From: Octopus vulgaris
Taxonomy: Eukaryota
Length of the DNA: 64,000 bases
NCBI GenBank assembly: GCA_951406725.2
Contig: OX597823.1
Coordinates: forward strand, 94,612,001-94,676,000
Reading direction: 5' to 3'
The notes under the pieces were generated by a model, which was not told where the DNA came from, made no database searches, and saw only the letters and a list, made by a program, of their open reading frames with translations. This document shows positions 26,505-39,620 of this stretch, piece after piece (position 1 is the first letter of the stretch; each line of letters opens with the position of its first letter). Position numbers and translations under genes: made by a program.

Positions 26505-27859
26505 CTATACTATACTAGCAACAACAGTCAAAAGAGGCATCTTCTGCCTGGTTGGTCAGCTTGAGAGAAATAGTTGACTGATCTCCCTCAAATCACGTTT
26601 GTTTCCCACTGTCTTTAGAAAATAAAAGAAACAACACATCGTTTGATGTAGTCTTTGGTGGACTGTCTCAGAAATAAAATAATGATGGGACTGATAATGT
26701 GTCTGCTCAATCAGAACTAAACAACAACTGCTACTGCTACTGCTACCACCACTACGGTCATCATTAGTGCATGTTAATTTCCCCCACCCCACCCCATCAT
26801 TGCCATGACTGCTGCGCTTTCTTCCAGCTCAGTAAAATCGCAGTAAATTTTCCTATAAAAACTCTTGTGAAGATGAAGATCTTTATCTGTTGATATTGGA
26901 GTTTTGATGTCTTTCATGTCAAGCAGGAGTTTAATCAGGGGCATTATTACATCACCAGTAATTAAAGACTAAAACTGGTTGTTATTGCCCTGCCAGAGGA
27001 GAAGAGAGAGAGAGACAGAGAGAGAGTGTGTGTGTTTGGTGGTGGTGGCTGTTTTAAAGTAAATGGTGATTGGGATGATGAGATACGTGTTCTGGGGTGG
27101 GGGTGAAACTATTAATAATAATGGTGGTGGTGGTGGTCTTTGCAGTGATTGGAGTACTTGTGGTTGCCATGGTGACTGAGAATGAAGCAGTAGTTTTGAC
27201 TGTGGTAGCTGTTAGTAGTTGAAAGTGATTGACTTGGTGACTGACATCTCTGTACACTATTGTCAATTGTGTCTTCGATGGTGGTGGCGGCGCCGGTGGT
27301 GGTGGTGACAACTCTAGTGTTATTAAGAGCTTTAATTACTTTCTTCCAGTGGAGAAGGGTTTCAATGTGACCCCCAAATAACCAGCATCACACAGACTTT
27401 TATCTTTTATTTGTTTAAAACATTTGACTGTGGCCATGCTGGAGCACCATCTTGGAAAATTTTTAATCAAATAAATCAACCCCAGTATTTTATATACACA
27501 CACACACACACATGTGCACACACACACACACACACATGACAGGCTTCTTTCAGTTTCCATCTACCAATTCCACTTACAAGGATTTGGTTGAGCAAGGTCT
27601 ATAGTAGAAAACACTTGCCCAAGGTGCCATGCAGTGGGACTGAACCTAGAACTATGTGCTTGGGAAGCAAGTTTCTTACTACACAACCACACTTGCACAT
27701 TTAAATTAATGAAATATATACATAAATTATAAAAATAGGTAATATAAATTAAATAATAAATACATAAATATACAAAATGATGTGACTAATTGAAGAAATA
27801 TAATGGTCTGGATTGATAAACGTTAGACAAATATTCTGGACAAACAAATATGCAATGAT

Positions 27860-28250
27860 AAAATTATTAACCATCTTACAAACAATAACTCTGAGCACCT
27901 TTCAAACTCCACCCGTCTAACACCCGTGGACATATTTACAAAGTCAGAAAACAGCACAGCTCCCATGACTTTAGGAAACATGTTTTCATGCTAAGAGTTT
28001 CTGAAGCATGGACCAAACTGCCGGCATCAGTTGTTAGTTGTCGGAGCACTGCATCCTTCAAAACTTCCATGCTTCCTGAGATTCGCCAACACTACACCTG
28101 ATTTTCTCCCCTCCATACACACGCAAGCATGTGTCTGACTCATACACTGTTCACTTTCCAGACATTTGTACATTACTGCATATACTCTCTACGCACTTTC
28201 TGACAAGTTGTGGTGCACCTAAGCACTGTATACAATAATTTCATTATTAT
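27860..28250 (+). mobile_element. CR1/L2-clade LINE 3' fragment
   Basis: Near-identical to 41835-42225; (TTA)n tail. Confidence 0.8.
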
Positions 28251-28496
28251 AATGCTGGCCCCTTCTTTTTAACCTCTTTACTCTTTTACTTGTTTCAGTC
28301 ATTTGACTGTGGCCATGCTGGAGCACCGCCTTTTAGTCGAGCGAATCAACCCCAGGACTTATTCTTTGTAAGCCTAGTACCTATTCTATCGAGCTCTTTT
28401 GCTGAACCGCTAAGTTACGGGGGCGTAAACGCACCAGCATCGGTTGTCAAGCGATATTGAGGGGACAAACACAGACACACAAACATACACACACAC

Positions 28497-28544
<48 letters not shown>

Positions 28545-28637
28545 GATGGGCTTCTTTCAGTTTCTTTCTACTAAATCCACTCACAAGGCTTTGGTCGGCC
28601 AGAGGCTATAGTAGAAGACATGATAGTTTATAATGAA

Positions 28638-29100
28638 CCCTCCTCTCTCTCCCCTCCTGTTCTCTCTTTCTCTTCTGTCTCTCCTCTCTCCCCCCCTCTG
28701 TCCCCACTCTCCTCTCTCTTTCTCCTCTCTCCCTCCCTCTGTCCCCACTCTCCTCTCTCTTTCTCTGTTCTTTCTTTCTCTCTCTCTGTTCTCTCACCCC
28801 TCTCTCTGTTCTCTTCTCTCTTTCCTCTTCTCTTTCTCTACTCTTTCCTCTCTCTCTCTCCCCCTCCTACCGTTCTCTTTCTCTTTTCTCTCTCCCTCCC
28901 TCTGTTCTCTCTTTCCTCTTTCTCTACTCTCTCTTTCTCTTTTCTCTCTCCCCCTCTCTCTGTTCTCTTCCTCTTCTCTCTTTCCTCTTCTCTTTCTCTA
29001 CTCTCTCCTCTCTCTCCCTCCCTCTCTCCAAAATTCTACCTAATATCTTCATTTTCCCATTTTTTCTCTCTCTTTCTCTCATTCTTTTCTTTCTCTCCCA
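28638..29100 (+). repeat. ~460-bp almost pure C/T tract directly upstream of the exon 3 acceptor
   Basis: CT-rich degenerate repeat; it generates the spurious S/L/P/F-rich ORFs at 28620 and 28633. Confidence 0.9.
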
Positions 29101-29103
29101 AAG

Positions 29104-29360
29104 GTTGCTTAACACTCATGGGAACAATTGTGATGGCAGTGAAAGGAAAAGATTACCTTTACGCCATGAAAACTCATAATTACCGAACAATAAACAATTT
29201 TCCATCTTTGACAAACGTTGACCTCACCGGACAATTAACGGTCGGCTGGTCCTTGGCCCTGGCCATAGTCTCTGGGTGCTTCACCCTGATAGGCTTTGGA
29301 ATTTGGTTCACGGAGTATCAAGTCTTAAAAACTGCTGAAGAAAACAACAACACAAGATGA
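29104..29360 (+). CDS. PMP22/EMP/claudin-superfamily protein, coding exon 3 (terminal)
   Basis: AAG| acceptor, phase 1; GCLTLMGTIVMAV...TVGWSLALAIVSGCFTLIGFGIWF...EENNNTR*. Total CDS 633 nt = 210 aa. Confidence 0.9.
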
Positions 29361-30110
29361 GGATGGATAAAACAAAAAAAGAAGAAAACTGGATGAAAAA
29401 TAAAAACAATTGAACAAAAAAAATATTGAAAAAAAAAAGAAAACAAATGTTTGTTTTGAGAATCTCAGAACAAGAATTGATGATGTGTATGGAACTTTTG
29501 GCGTCAAAAGATATATTTTTATTTATTTTGTTTTTCTTGTCTTTATTTAATTTAAAATTTTTTTTCTTTTTAGTTTTATTTATTTATTTTTTAAATACTT
29601 TACTTTGAAGAAGAAGAAAAAATTTTTTGAAGAAAAGAAAAAAAATTTTTAAATGTTTTTTTTTAAATTTTATTTATATAATTTATAAATCTAATTTGTA
29701 AACACTAATTTGTAATCTACAAGATCTTCTCAATCAATCTCGCTAGAGACTTCAGGCCATTCATTCAAATCACCCAGACAGTCACAACAACAACAACAAC
29801 ACAAACATTACTCTGTAAAAAATATATAATTAATAAGATGCAGTCACCTGAGAAATAATTGTTCTGTGGCACAGGTTTCATCAGCTGATGAATAATATTT
29901 ATTTCAAATTTTTGCCACAAGGGTAGCTTAGGGGAGGTGGGGAGGAATCGATTGCATCGACCCCCAGTGTGTAACTGGTACTTATTTTATTGATCCCAAA
30001 AGGATGAAAGGCAAAGTCGACCTTAGTGGAGTTTGAACTCAGAACATAGTGACAGACGAAATACCACTAAGCATTTTGTCCAGTGTGCTAATAACTCTGC
30101 CAGCTCACCA

Positions 30111-30141
<31 letters not shown>

Positions 30142-31920
30142 CTTTTCTACTCTAGGCACAAGGCCCAAAATTTTGAGGGAGGGCACCAGTCGATTAGATT
30201 GACTGCAGTATGCAACTGGTACTTAATTTATTGACCTTGAAAGGATGAAAGGCAAAGTCGACCTTGGTGGAGTTTGAACTCAGAATGTAAAGACAGATGA
30301 AATACCTATCTCTTTACTACCCACAAGGGGCTAAACACAGAGGGGACAAACAGGGGCAGACAAACGGATTAAGTCAATTACATCGACCCCAGTACGTAAC
30401 TGGTACTTAATTTATCGACCCCGAAAGGATGAAAGGCAAAGTCGACCTCAGCGGAATTTGAACTCAGAACGTAACGGCAGACGAAATACTGCTAAGCATT
30501 TCACCCAGCATGCTAATCACTCTGCCAGCTTGCCACCTCAATAATAATAATAATAATAATGATGATGATGATTTCTATTATAGGCACAATGCCTGAAATT
30601 TGGCGGGAGGGGAATAGTCGATTATACTGACGTCGGTACTCAAATGGTACTTCTTTTAAGAACAAAAAGAGTCAGAATACTTCTAAGAAATAATTCATTC
30701 TAATTTTGACACAAGGCCAGCAATTCTGAGGGACGGGGGACGCTGAGAAGGTGGGCAAATCAATTGCATCAACCCACGTGCTCAACTGGTACTTTTTTTT
30801 ATCTACCCTGAAGGAGTGAAAAAAAATAATGTTTCAAATTCTGCCAGCTCACTGTTTTGATAATAATAATGGTTTCTAATTTTTGACACAAGGCCAGTAA
30901 TTTTGAGAAAAGTGTAGTTGATTACATCAACCCGAATGCTCAACAGGTGCATATCTTTATTGACCCCAGAATGGATGAAAAGCAAAGATGACTTTGATGG
31001 TATTTGAACTCAAAAGGCGGCGAGCTGGCAGAATCGTTAGCACACCGGGCGAAATGCTTTGCAGTATTTCGTCCACCGCTGCGTTCTGAGTTCAAATTCC
31101 ACCGAGGTCGACTCTGCCTTTCATCCTTTTGTGGTCGATAAATTAAGTACCAGTTATGCACTGGGGTCGATGTAATCGACTTAACCCGTTTGTCTGTCCT
31201 TGTTTGTCCCCTCTGTGTTTAGCCCTATGTGGGTAGTAAAGAAATAGCTATTTGAACTCAGAAGGTAAAACTAAAAGAAATACCTCGAAGCATTTTGTCC
31301 AAAACGCTTCTGATTCATCATCATCATCATCATCATTTAATGTCTACCTTCCATGCTAGCATGGGATGGTTTCACAAGAGCCAGCCAGGCTTCTGTGACT
31401 GTTTTGATTGGATTTTTACAGCTGGATGTCCTTCCTAACACCAACCATTCAGCAGAGTGGACTTGGTGCTTTTTACATGGCAGAGGCACAGATTCTGCCT
31501 TAATAATAATCCTTTCTGCCATAAACACAAGGCATGAAATTTCGTGGTGAGGGGCCAGTCGATTACATCAACCCCAGCCCTCAGCTGGTATTCATTTCAT
31601 CAGCTCTGAAAGGATTAAGGGCAAAGTTGACCCCCAGTGAAATTTGAGCTGAAAGAAGGAGCTGAAAGAAATGCTTAGTAGCATTTCATTCAGCTTCAGG
31701 TTCTACCAGCTCTCACCACTTTATGAATTATAATAGCTTCAAATTTTGGCACAAGGCCAGCAATTTGGGGTGGTGGGAATAAGTTGATTATATTGGTTTA
31801 TTGATTATATTAGTTTATCAACCCTGAAAGGATGAAAGGCAAAGTTGACCTTGCTGGAATTTGAACTCAGAACACGCAGATTGACAGAATAATAATGATC
31901 CTGCCAGCTTGCTGCCTCAA

Positions 31921-32392
31921 CACTTTTGATATCCACCTGGCTGAAACCACCTCTGGCTCTGAGTACAAATGTTCTGTTTTCATAAGTTTTGAATTAAAAT
32001 CGTCCTCTAAACCTTAGTCACAATTTATGTTATTAACACCAGCTGAATGACAACTAAGTTATTTTACTAAATTCTTTATTATATTTAAAGTAATTGAAAG
32101 AAATACAGAGCATCTCAATAGAAATATAGTCACAAAAGGGTTAAAATATATAAAAGAGAAACAATTCTTAACCCTTTCAATACCAACCCGGCTGAAACCA
32201 CCTCTGGCTCTGAGTACAAATGTTTTGTTTTCATAAGTTTTGAATTAAAATCTTCCACCAAACGTTAGTCACAATTTATGTTCCTAACACTAGCTTAATG
32301 ACAACTAAGTTATTTTACTAATTTCTTTGTTATATTTAAAATTAATTGAAAGAAACACAGAGCATCTCAACAAAAATACGGTAATGAAAGGG
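31921..32392. mobile_element. Two adjacent piggyBac-like MITE copies (31921-32140 and 32172-32392)
   Basis: Second copy TTAA|CCCTTTC...GAAAGGG|TTAA; bodies nearly identical. Diverged relatives at ~62040-62196, 11380-11520 and 63490-64000. Confidence 0.75.
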
Positions 32393-32422
32393 TTAATAAT
32401 AATAATAACAATAATAATAATG

Positions 32423-32738
32423 TTTCTTTATTGGCCACAAGGGCCAAACACAAAACAAAGAACGACAATGGAAAACTAGAGACATGAGGTTTAACACTAA
32501 AATCAAGTAAACAATAAAATGACAATTAACAATACAATTAACCAATATAATTCCCCCAAAAGCAGGGGGTGTTCATCACAGGGACAACCGAGGAACCCCA
32601 CACATTCTGGTTATTCCGACCACCAGATGCACCTTTCTATTTCTCAACTCCTCTGGTTTACAAATGCAAGTTCAGAGTAGACCCATTCGCATGGGTCATC
32701 CTCACTACATTAACCCACCTGTCTACAAATTTACTAGG
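32423..32738 (-). pseudogene. LINE 3' end, probably L1/Tx1 clade
   Basis: Minus frame PSKFVDRWVNVVRMTHANGSTLNLHL* (F..RW motif of L1/Tx1 ORF2 ends), then a UTR ending CCCTTGTGGCCAATAAAGAAA. Confidence 0.5.
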
Positions 32739-33655
32739 GTAGGGGGGGAGAACTTCCCAATAATAATAATAATCCTTTCTACTAAAAGCAAAAGACCTGA
32801 AATTTGGTGGGAGGGAACTAGTTGATTACATCAACCCCCAACACTTAACTAGTATAAGTTGTACTGACCCCAAAAGGATGAAAGGCAAAGACGACCTCTG
32901 CAGAATTTGAACTCAGAGAGTAAAGACAGACAAAATGCTGCTGTGCATTTTGCCTGATGCGGTAACGATTCTGCCAGCTCACTGCCTTAATAATAATAAT
33001 AATAATAATAAACCTTTCTATTGGAAGCTCAAGGCCTCAAATTTGGTGGAAGGGATTAAGTCGATTACAACGATCCCAGTGTGTAACTGGTACCTATTTA
33101 ACTAACCCCGAAAGGGTGAAAGGCAAAAGTGACCTCAGCAGAATTTGAACTCAGAACATAAGGATGGACGAAATACCACTAAGCATTTTGCCCAGCATGC
33201 TAACAATTCTACCAGCTTGCCACCTTTTTAGTAATATTAATAATAATAATAATCTGGTGTACAAAATGTGTTTAGTGATGGAATTAGTATGTGGTTGATG
33301 GTAAGGGTGGCTGTGCAGTTAAGCAGTTTGTTTTGCAACAAGGTGGTTCTAAGTGTGATCGCAATGCACAACACCTTGGACCGGTGTCTTTTACCAAAGC
33401 CTCGACTGACCAATGCTTTATGAATGGAATTTTACAGGTAAGGAACCATGCAGAAGCCCATTTTATATGCATACATTTGCACATGCATGTGTGTGTATGT
33501 ATGTATATATATATATTACGGAGATGTACTTGCATAGCAAATGACCTGATCTGAGATTGTGTGCTGAAACGAAAACAATTGCAGCGTGGAAGGTGTTTAT
33601 AAGCCATTTAAGAAACACACAAAACCGTTAGATTCATTTCAACATTTAAATTTAA

Positions 33656-33706
33656 TTTGTTAAAATATTTTCGTCACTTTGAGACCGATATCTGTTCACT
33701 GACAAA
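33656..33706 (-). ncRNA. Degenerate hammerhead-like motif with G3-C8 core variant
   Basis: UUUGUCA-GUGAACA-[weak stem II]-GAAA-AUAU-UU-UAACAAA; stem I has one mismatch and stem II is eroded. Confidence 0.35.
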
Positions 33707-33772
33707 ACTTTGTGCTGCATCTCATAATAATGAAAGGGTTAATAATAATAATAATAATTGTTATATATATAT

Positions 33773-33803
<31 letters not shown>

Positions 33804-33807
33804 CATA

Positions 33808-34265
33808 CTAGCAGCTAATCCCAGTTTCACCCCGTTGGTTTGGATGATGCGTCTGTAAAACCTGCTCTGTGTAAGCATTCGACTTGTTTGGGCATGTTTA
33901 CATTAAAAAAACAATTTTAGAATGACGTTTTTTCTGTCAAAACGCTAAAAATAACTGACCAACAAAAATAAACAACCAAGATTCAACCAAATCAAAAAAT
34001 AAACCCAAATACTAAGGGAACAAAGATGAACCATCCCACTTCCATTGCGCAGACACACACATTCACATAACCCCCATTTTACATAAACACGCACATATAT
34101 TCACACAGAGTTGAAATGCTGTTTGATTTATTTTTTAGCATACAGTTTTCATCATCCCACTACCAAGTATGACATCACCCCTTCCTTTCTCATTCATAAA
34201 CACAAGAGAATTATTATAGTAGATTATCTCGGTAACCATGGGAGCTATGAAAAATACAAAGCCCA
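33808..34265 (-). mobile_element. Non-autonomous Helitron-like element
   Basis: CTAG 3' end with adjacent short hairpin and TCTACTATAATAA 5'-type motif; highly similar second copy at 60120-60600. Confidence 0.7.
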
Positions 34266-35018
34266 TCATCACCACTGGATCATTCTATACATCTGTGTAA
34301 TTCTTTGTGCAATTCCACCCAGCCGTTAGAGCGTGAATCCCAAGACAAGAAAGAACCGGCCATATCAGATTTATATGTATTCATAATATGTATGAATATA
34401 TCTTCATATATATAAAAGTGAAGTTGTGTGTCTGTCTCCTACGATTTAGATTCCTAACTACTCCCACATTTTGCGGTGCAGTTTAACCAAAACCGGGTAT
34501 CTTATAGTCGTGATTCATATCGAGCCCTTCTGGGTATTAGCGCGCGTCTACGATTTTAAAAAAAATTTACCATCATTTTTTCCATTTTAATGCATTTTTT
34601 TCGCTATTATATAAGGGAAGTAACTCTCTAAAAATGTCTACTAGATATGTTTACAAGGCATTAGTTGTCCTGAGGCTGTAGCCGAAGACACTTGCCCAAG
34701 GTGTCATGCAGTGGGACTGAACCTGGAACAATGTGCTTGGGAAGCGAGCTTCTTAACTGCACAGCCATGCCAGCACCTAATTTATATATACGTGTGTGTA
34801 AGCATTGTATGGTCAAATGGTTAAAAAGTTCACTTCACAACCACAAGGTGCCCAGGTTCAATCCCTCTGCACAGCATTTTGGCCAAATGTCATTTTCTAT
34901 AGCTTGAGATCAACCTATACTTTCTGAATTAAATTGGGTCAGTGGAAACTGTAAGGAAGCCCATCAAGTGGCTTGTGCTTGAAATTCAATAACATCAGTT
35001 ATAGGGCAGTTTTAAGTA

Positions 35019-35241
35019 CTGCAAGGGCCAAAAGTCATGCACCAAAACATTTGATATTTTATTTATGTTACCTTCTGATTATTATTTTTATTATTATTAT
35101 TATTAATTTTGCTCCTCATGTACAAATGTGTGAGCATTCATTATTATTTTATTTTATTTTATTCAATTCTAGAAAAATTGAAACATGTCTGACAATTCTG
35201 CTGTGTATTGAACTTATGTGCACAACTTTTGGCCCACCCTG
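35019..35241. mobile_element. Tc1/mariner-like MITE
   Basis: TA flanks; imperfect TIRs CTGCAAGGGCCAAAAGTCATGCAC / GTGCACAACTTTTGGCCCACCCTG. Confidence 0.55.
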
Positions 35242-37207
35242 TATTATTTTACAGCATTCTGCCCTTCATCATCATCATCAACTTCTTTATTCTATTTTTG
35301 TTTTTATTTTATTTTATGTGTTTATGTCTGTTTTATTTTTATTCTGTTTATTTATTTGGTTTCATTGAGTTCTTTGAAATTCACTTTTGAAGCCAAAACA
35401 CTTCAAACGGAAACACCATTAACAATATTCCCTTCAGTCTGTTTTTTTTTTTTTCATTTGTTTTCTTTTGTTCTCTTTCACTTTTTGTTTCATTCAATGG
35501 ACTGTGACCATCTATAGCCAATACTGTGATCGCTGGGCGAAATACCTGGCAGTATTTCATCTGCTGTTACGTTCTGAGTTCAAATTCCGCCAAGGTCAAC
35601 TTTGCCTTTCATCCTTTCGGGGGTCAATTAAATAAGTACCAGTTACACACTGGTATCGATATAATCGACTTAATCCGTTTGTCTGACCTTGTTTGTCCCC
35701 TCTATGTTTAGCCCTCTATGGGCAATAAAGAAATAAATACTGTGATCACCACTATACTTGGTGAGTTTGGGAGTTGCCATTTATCCTACAAGAGTTTTTT
35801 GTTTCTTTAGTTGCAAGTTACTTGGTGACCCGGTCAGTTTAGGTGCCACTTAAAAGCACCCAGTCCACACTGTAACAAGGTTGACATTTGGAAGGGCATC
35901 CAGCTGTAAAAACCTTGCCAAAACTGACCTCGCCTGTGCTTGTGCCACGTACAAAGCACTAGGTCCACTCTGCTGAGTGGTTGGTGTTAGGAAGGGCACC
36001 CAGCTGTAGAAATCCTGCCAAAACAGTCACAGACGTCTGGTGCAAGCTTTGGCCTGATCGGCTCCTGTCAAACCATCTCACCCAGGCCAGCACAGAAGGT
36101 GGACATTAAACAATGAGGATGATATATATACATTATATATATATATATATACACAAATATTAAAATTTCTAAGTCTCTCTAAAGGAGACTACGGCAGCGG
36201 TACTGGAAATTAACAGTTATCGCCAAGCTAATATGGCAGTTCATAAATATAAGACTTAAGCTGCTGTTGATTAGCTCCAAGAGGACATCGCCTCTAGCTA
36301 GCTATGTGACACATAAACCTGTGTTCATTCTAACCTTCGAACAGGGGAGGTCAGCCGCTTCCTCTTGCTGGTCAGGTATCTGCAGACATGTGCCAGTTTA
36401 TTATCATCATCTACTTCCTCCCTCCTCCTTACAGGGGTAACCATAGCAATTGCTTTGTGAACTATAATCTCACTTGTACAACACAACACTCGGCAGTCAT
36501 CATCATAATCGGTTAATGTCTGCTTTCCATGCTGGCATGGGTGGGACAGTTTGACAGGAGCTGGCCAGGTGGAAGCCTGCACTTGACTTTTGTGTCTAGT
36601 TTGGCAGGGTTTTTACAGCTGGATGCCCTTCCTAACAACAACTACCCACCCAGTAAAGTGGACTGAGTACTTTTTATGTGGTACCAGATGGAAGAAACAT
36701 TAGCAGGCCAGACAGAATGCCTAGCGGTATTTTGTCTGCCGCTACATTCTGAGTTCAAATTCCGCTGAGGTCAACTTTGCCTTTCAACCTTTCAGGGTTG
36801 ATTAAATAAGTACCAGTTACACACTGGAGTCGATATAATCGACTTAATCCGTTTGTCTGTTGTTGTTTGTCCCCTTTGTGTTTAGTCCCTTGTGGGTAGT
36901 AATGAAATAGATACAAGCACAGGTGAGGTCAGTTTTGGCAAGGTTTTTACAGCTGGATGCCAACCACTATACAGTGTGGGCCAGATGCATTTTAAGTGAT
37001 GCCTGTACTGACCAAGTAACCTGCAAGACAAAAATCTTTTAAAAGGGGAAGGGGTATTGGAGGATGTGATCTTGTGTCAGATGATTAGAGGCTATAGTAA
37101 AACAGAGAGACAGAAACAGGCTGTAGAAGACACTCACTTAAGGTATCAAGCAGTGGGACTGAACCCAGAACTATGTGGTCGGAAAGCAAGCTTCCCACCA
37201 CTGCATC

Positions 37208-37242
<35 letters not shown>

Positions 37243-37551
37243 TCAATCATAAAAACACACGCACACATGTGTGTATACATATACAAATCTACGTACGCAT
37301 ATACATATATATACACATACATACATACACATAAATTTATATCCACATGCACGTCCATACATGTATATATACATGTATGTGCATGTGTTCGCGCACTTGT
37401 ACATATGCCATGTTTTTATTTGCTAGAGGAGGTACAAGGTTACCTGGCCAGAGAGAGAGAGACTGGTGATGAAGAAAGAAACAGGGGTGCTCCATAAAGG
37501 GGACATGTGATTCCCCAACCTGAGGGAAGTGCAGGAGAAGAAAAGAGAGTA

Positions 37552-37970
37552 CAGTTCTATATTTAAGAGATGAGGAATTATGTACATTATTTACATTTGA
37601 CGGATATTTGTCCTCACCTTGTTTGTTGTTAACGCAACGTTTTGGCTGATATACCCCCCAGCCTTTATCAGGTGTCTTGGGGAAATTGATGATGATGATG
37701 ATGATGATGATGCTGCTGCTGCTGCTCACGGGCATATGGCATAGTGGTTAAGAGTGCGGGCTACTAACCCCAAGATTCCAAGTTCGATTCCAGGCAGTGA
37801 CCTGAATAATAATAATAATAATAATAATAACATCGAAAAATACTTTAGGAATGAGAACCCAGGTTTGAAATTTCCCCAAATCACCTGATGAAGGCTGGAA
37901 GGTATATCAACCGAAATGTTGTGTTAACAACAAACAAGATGAGGACAAATATCCGTCAAATGTAAATAAT
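37552..37970 (+). mobile_element. Penelope-style hammerhead element, locus B (inverted tail + tRNA head + (AAT)n + tail)
   Basis: Inverted tail 37552-37687; head 37730-37803 with A box TGGCATAGTGG and B box GTTCGATTCC; forward tail 37829-37970. Confidence 0.8.
37882..37923 (+). ncRNA. Minimal type I hammerhead motif (core intact, stems slightly eroded)
   Basis: CAC-CUGAUGA-A-GGCUG(...)CAACC-GAAA-UG-UU-GUG. Confidence 0.6.
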
Positions 37971-39620
37971 ATAAGAAACGAGAGAGTGGGAGACAGCAGG
38001 ATTGAGATGGTGGCAACAAAGTGCTGGACATACAAGGGATGGGACAGAAAAAGAGAAGCACGAGTTCAAATCCCACTGCAAGTCTAAGAACAAACATCTT
38101 GTCTTTAGACAAGATGTTTAACTCGATCTACAGCCTGAGGTTTTATGCATAATAAAGACTCTATTTTTTACTTACTGGAAAAAAGATTTCTGTTTTGTTT
38201 TCGTTGGTATTTAATTCATTACGTTTGAGTCCAGTTTGCCATAACTTCTTATGTTTCCCAGATTACAAAGGTCTAATTTGTCTCACACACATACACAAGC
38301 AGACTTACATATACTCTTTTACTTGTTTCAGTCATTTGACTGCGGCCATGTTGGAGCACCGCCTTTAATCGAGCAACTCGACCCCGGGACTTATTCTTTT
38401 GTAAGCCCAGTACTTATTCTATCGGTCTCTTTTGCCGAACCGCTAGGTAACGGGGACATAAACACACCAGCATCGGTTGTCAAGCAATGCTAGGGGGACA
38501 AGCACAGACACACGCATATATATACATATATACGACGGGCTTCTTTCAGTTTCCATCTACCAAATTCACTCACAATGCTTTGGTCGCCCCGAGGCTATAG
38601 TAGAAGACACTTGCTCAAGGTGCCACGCAGTGGGACTGAACCCGGGACCACGTGTTTGGTAAACAAGCTACTTACCACACAGCCACTCCTGCGCCTATGT
38701 ATATATTGGTGGAAGGGCTATACAGATTTTGTATCCTTTTCAGGGGATTCATAAGGAAAATAGATTATATGAACTATCTTCATCATCATCAGTTCACATC
38801 CACATTTTTCTGATTGAAATACACCGAAAAATGGCGACACAGCAGTCAAAAAATCGTGAAAAAATAGGGATTTTCATAGAAAAAAAAGCACCTTTTTATG
38901 TAAATAATTTTTGGTGTTAACATGGTCCGATTTGAATTTTTTTCTTCTACGGAAGGAAGAGCAAGCCTTCTTCTATCATACTCTCAATTTTGGTCAACTT
39001 GCGCCGCAGGGTCTCGGAGGAGATAGCGTTAATTGAAGGCTACCAAACCTGCCATACACAGACAACTTCGGTTTTATATATAGAAAGAGATGTTATGAAA
39101 ACAGTGTAGAACAGTTATCTCCCTTACATCTGGTGTCAGCAATGGCAGTTGATGATTTATGTATCTCTTCCAAATCGATTAAAGGAAGAAAGTAATGTCT
39201 GATCGGGACATTTCGAACTCACAACACATTTCAACGGACCATCTTGCAAATCTTCTTTTTCTTTTTCGGTAGTCTTTATTTTTTATCACGTGCTTTCACT
39301 GCACTACTGAACGCAGTCCTGTATACCTTGGGTATCTGCTGTGGTTTATTGTGATTCTCACTGTATTGATAGTGTTTTAGGATGTGTGCGGTGCCTAGTA
39401 GTGAATTTTTTTGTATGCTATACATACTTGTTAGTCCTGGTGTTTTTATTATGTATTTTGTCTGAATGTCTTTTTATTTATTTATCATACCCAAAGCGCC
39501 TACTTATAATAGGATTTGTTTCTGTTCTTAGGCTCCATATTCGAGTTAACTCTTTTTGCAAATCTTTGTATTTTGAAAGTAGTTACCTCTATTTCCAAAT
39601 CTTTTATTAATATTATTATT

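Noticed and set aside
28620-29103. N-terminal ~160 aa of the 246-aa ORF
   Set aside because: Translation of the intronic C/T tract; only 29104-29360 is exon.
37730-37803. Possible tRNA genes (also 43624-43700 and 44122-44195)
   Set aside because: A/B boxes are present but the acceptor stem and cloverleaf are incomplete, and each continues into a repeat body, so these are SINE heads.
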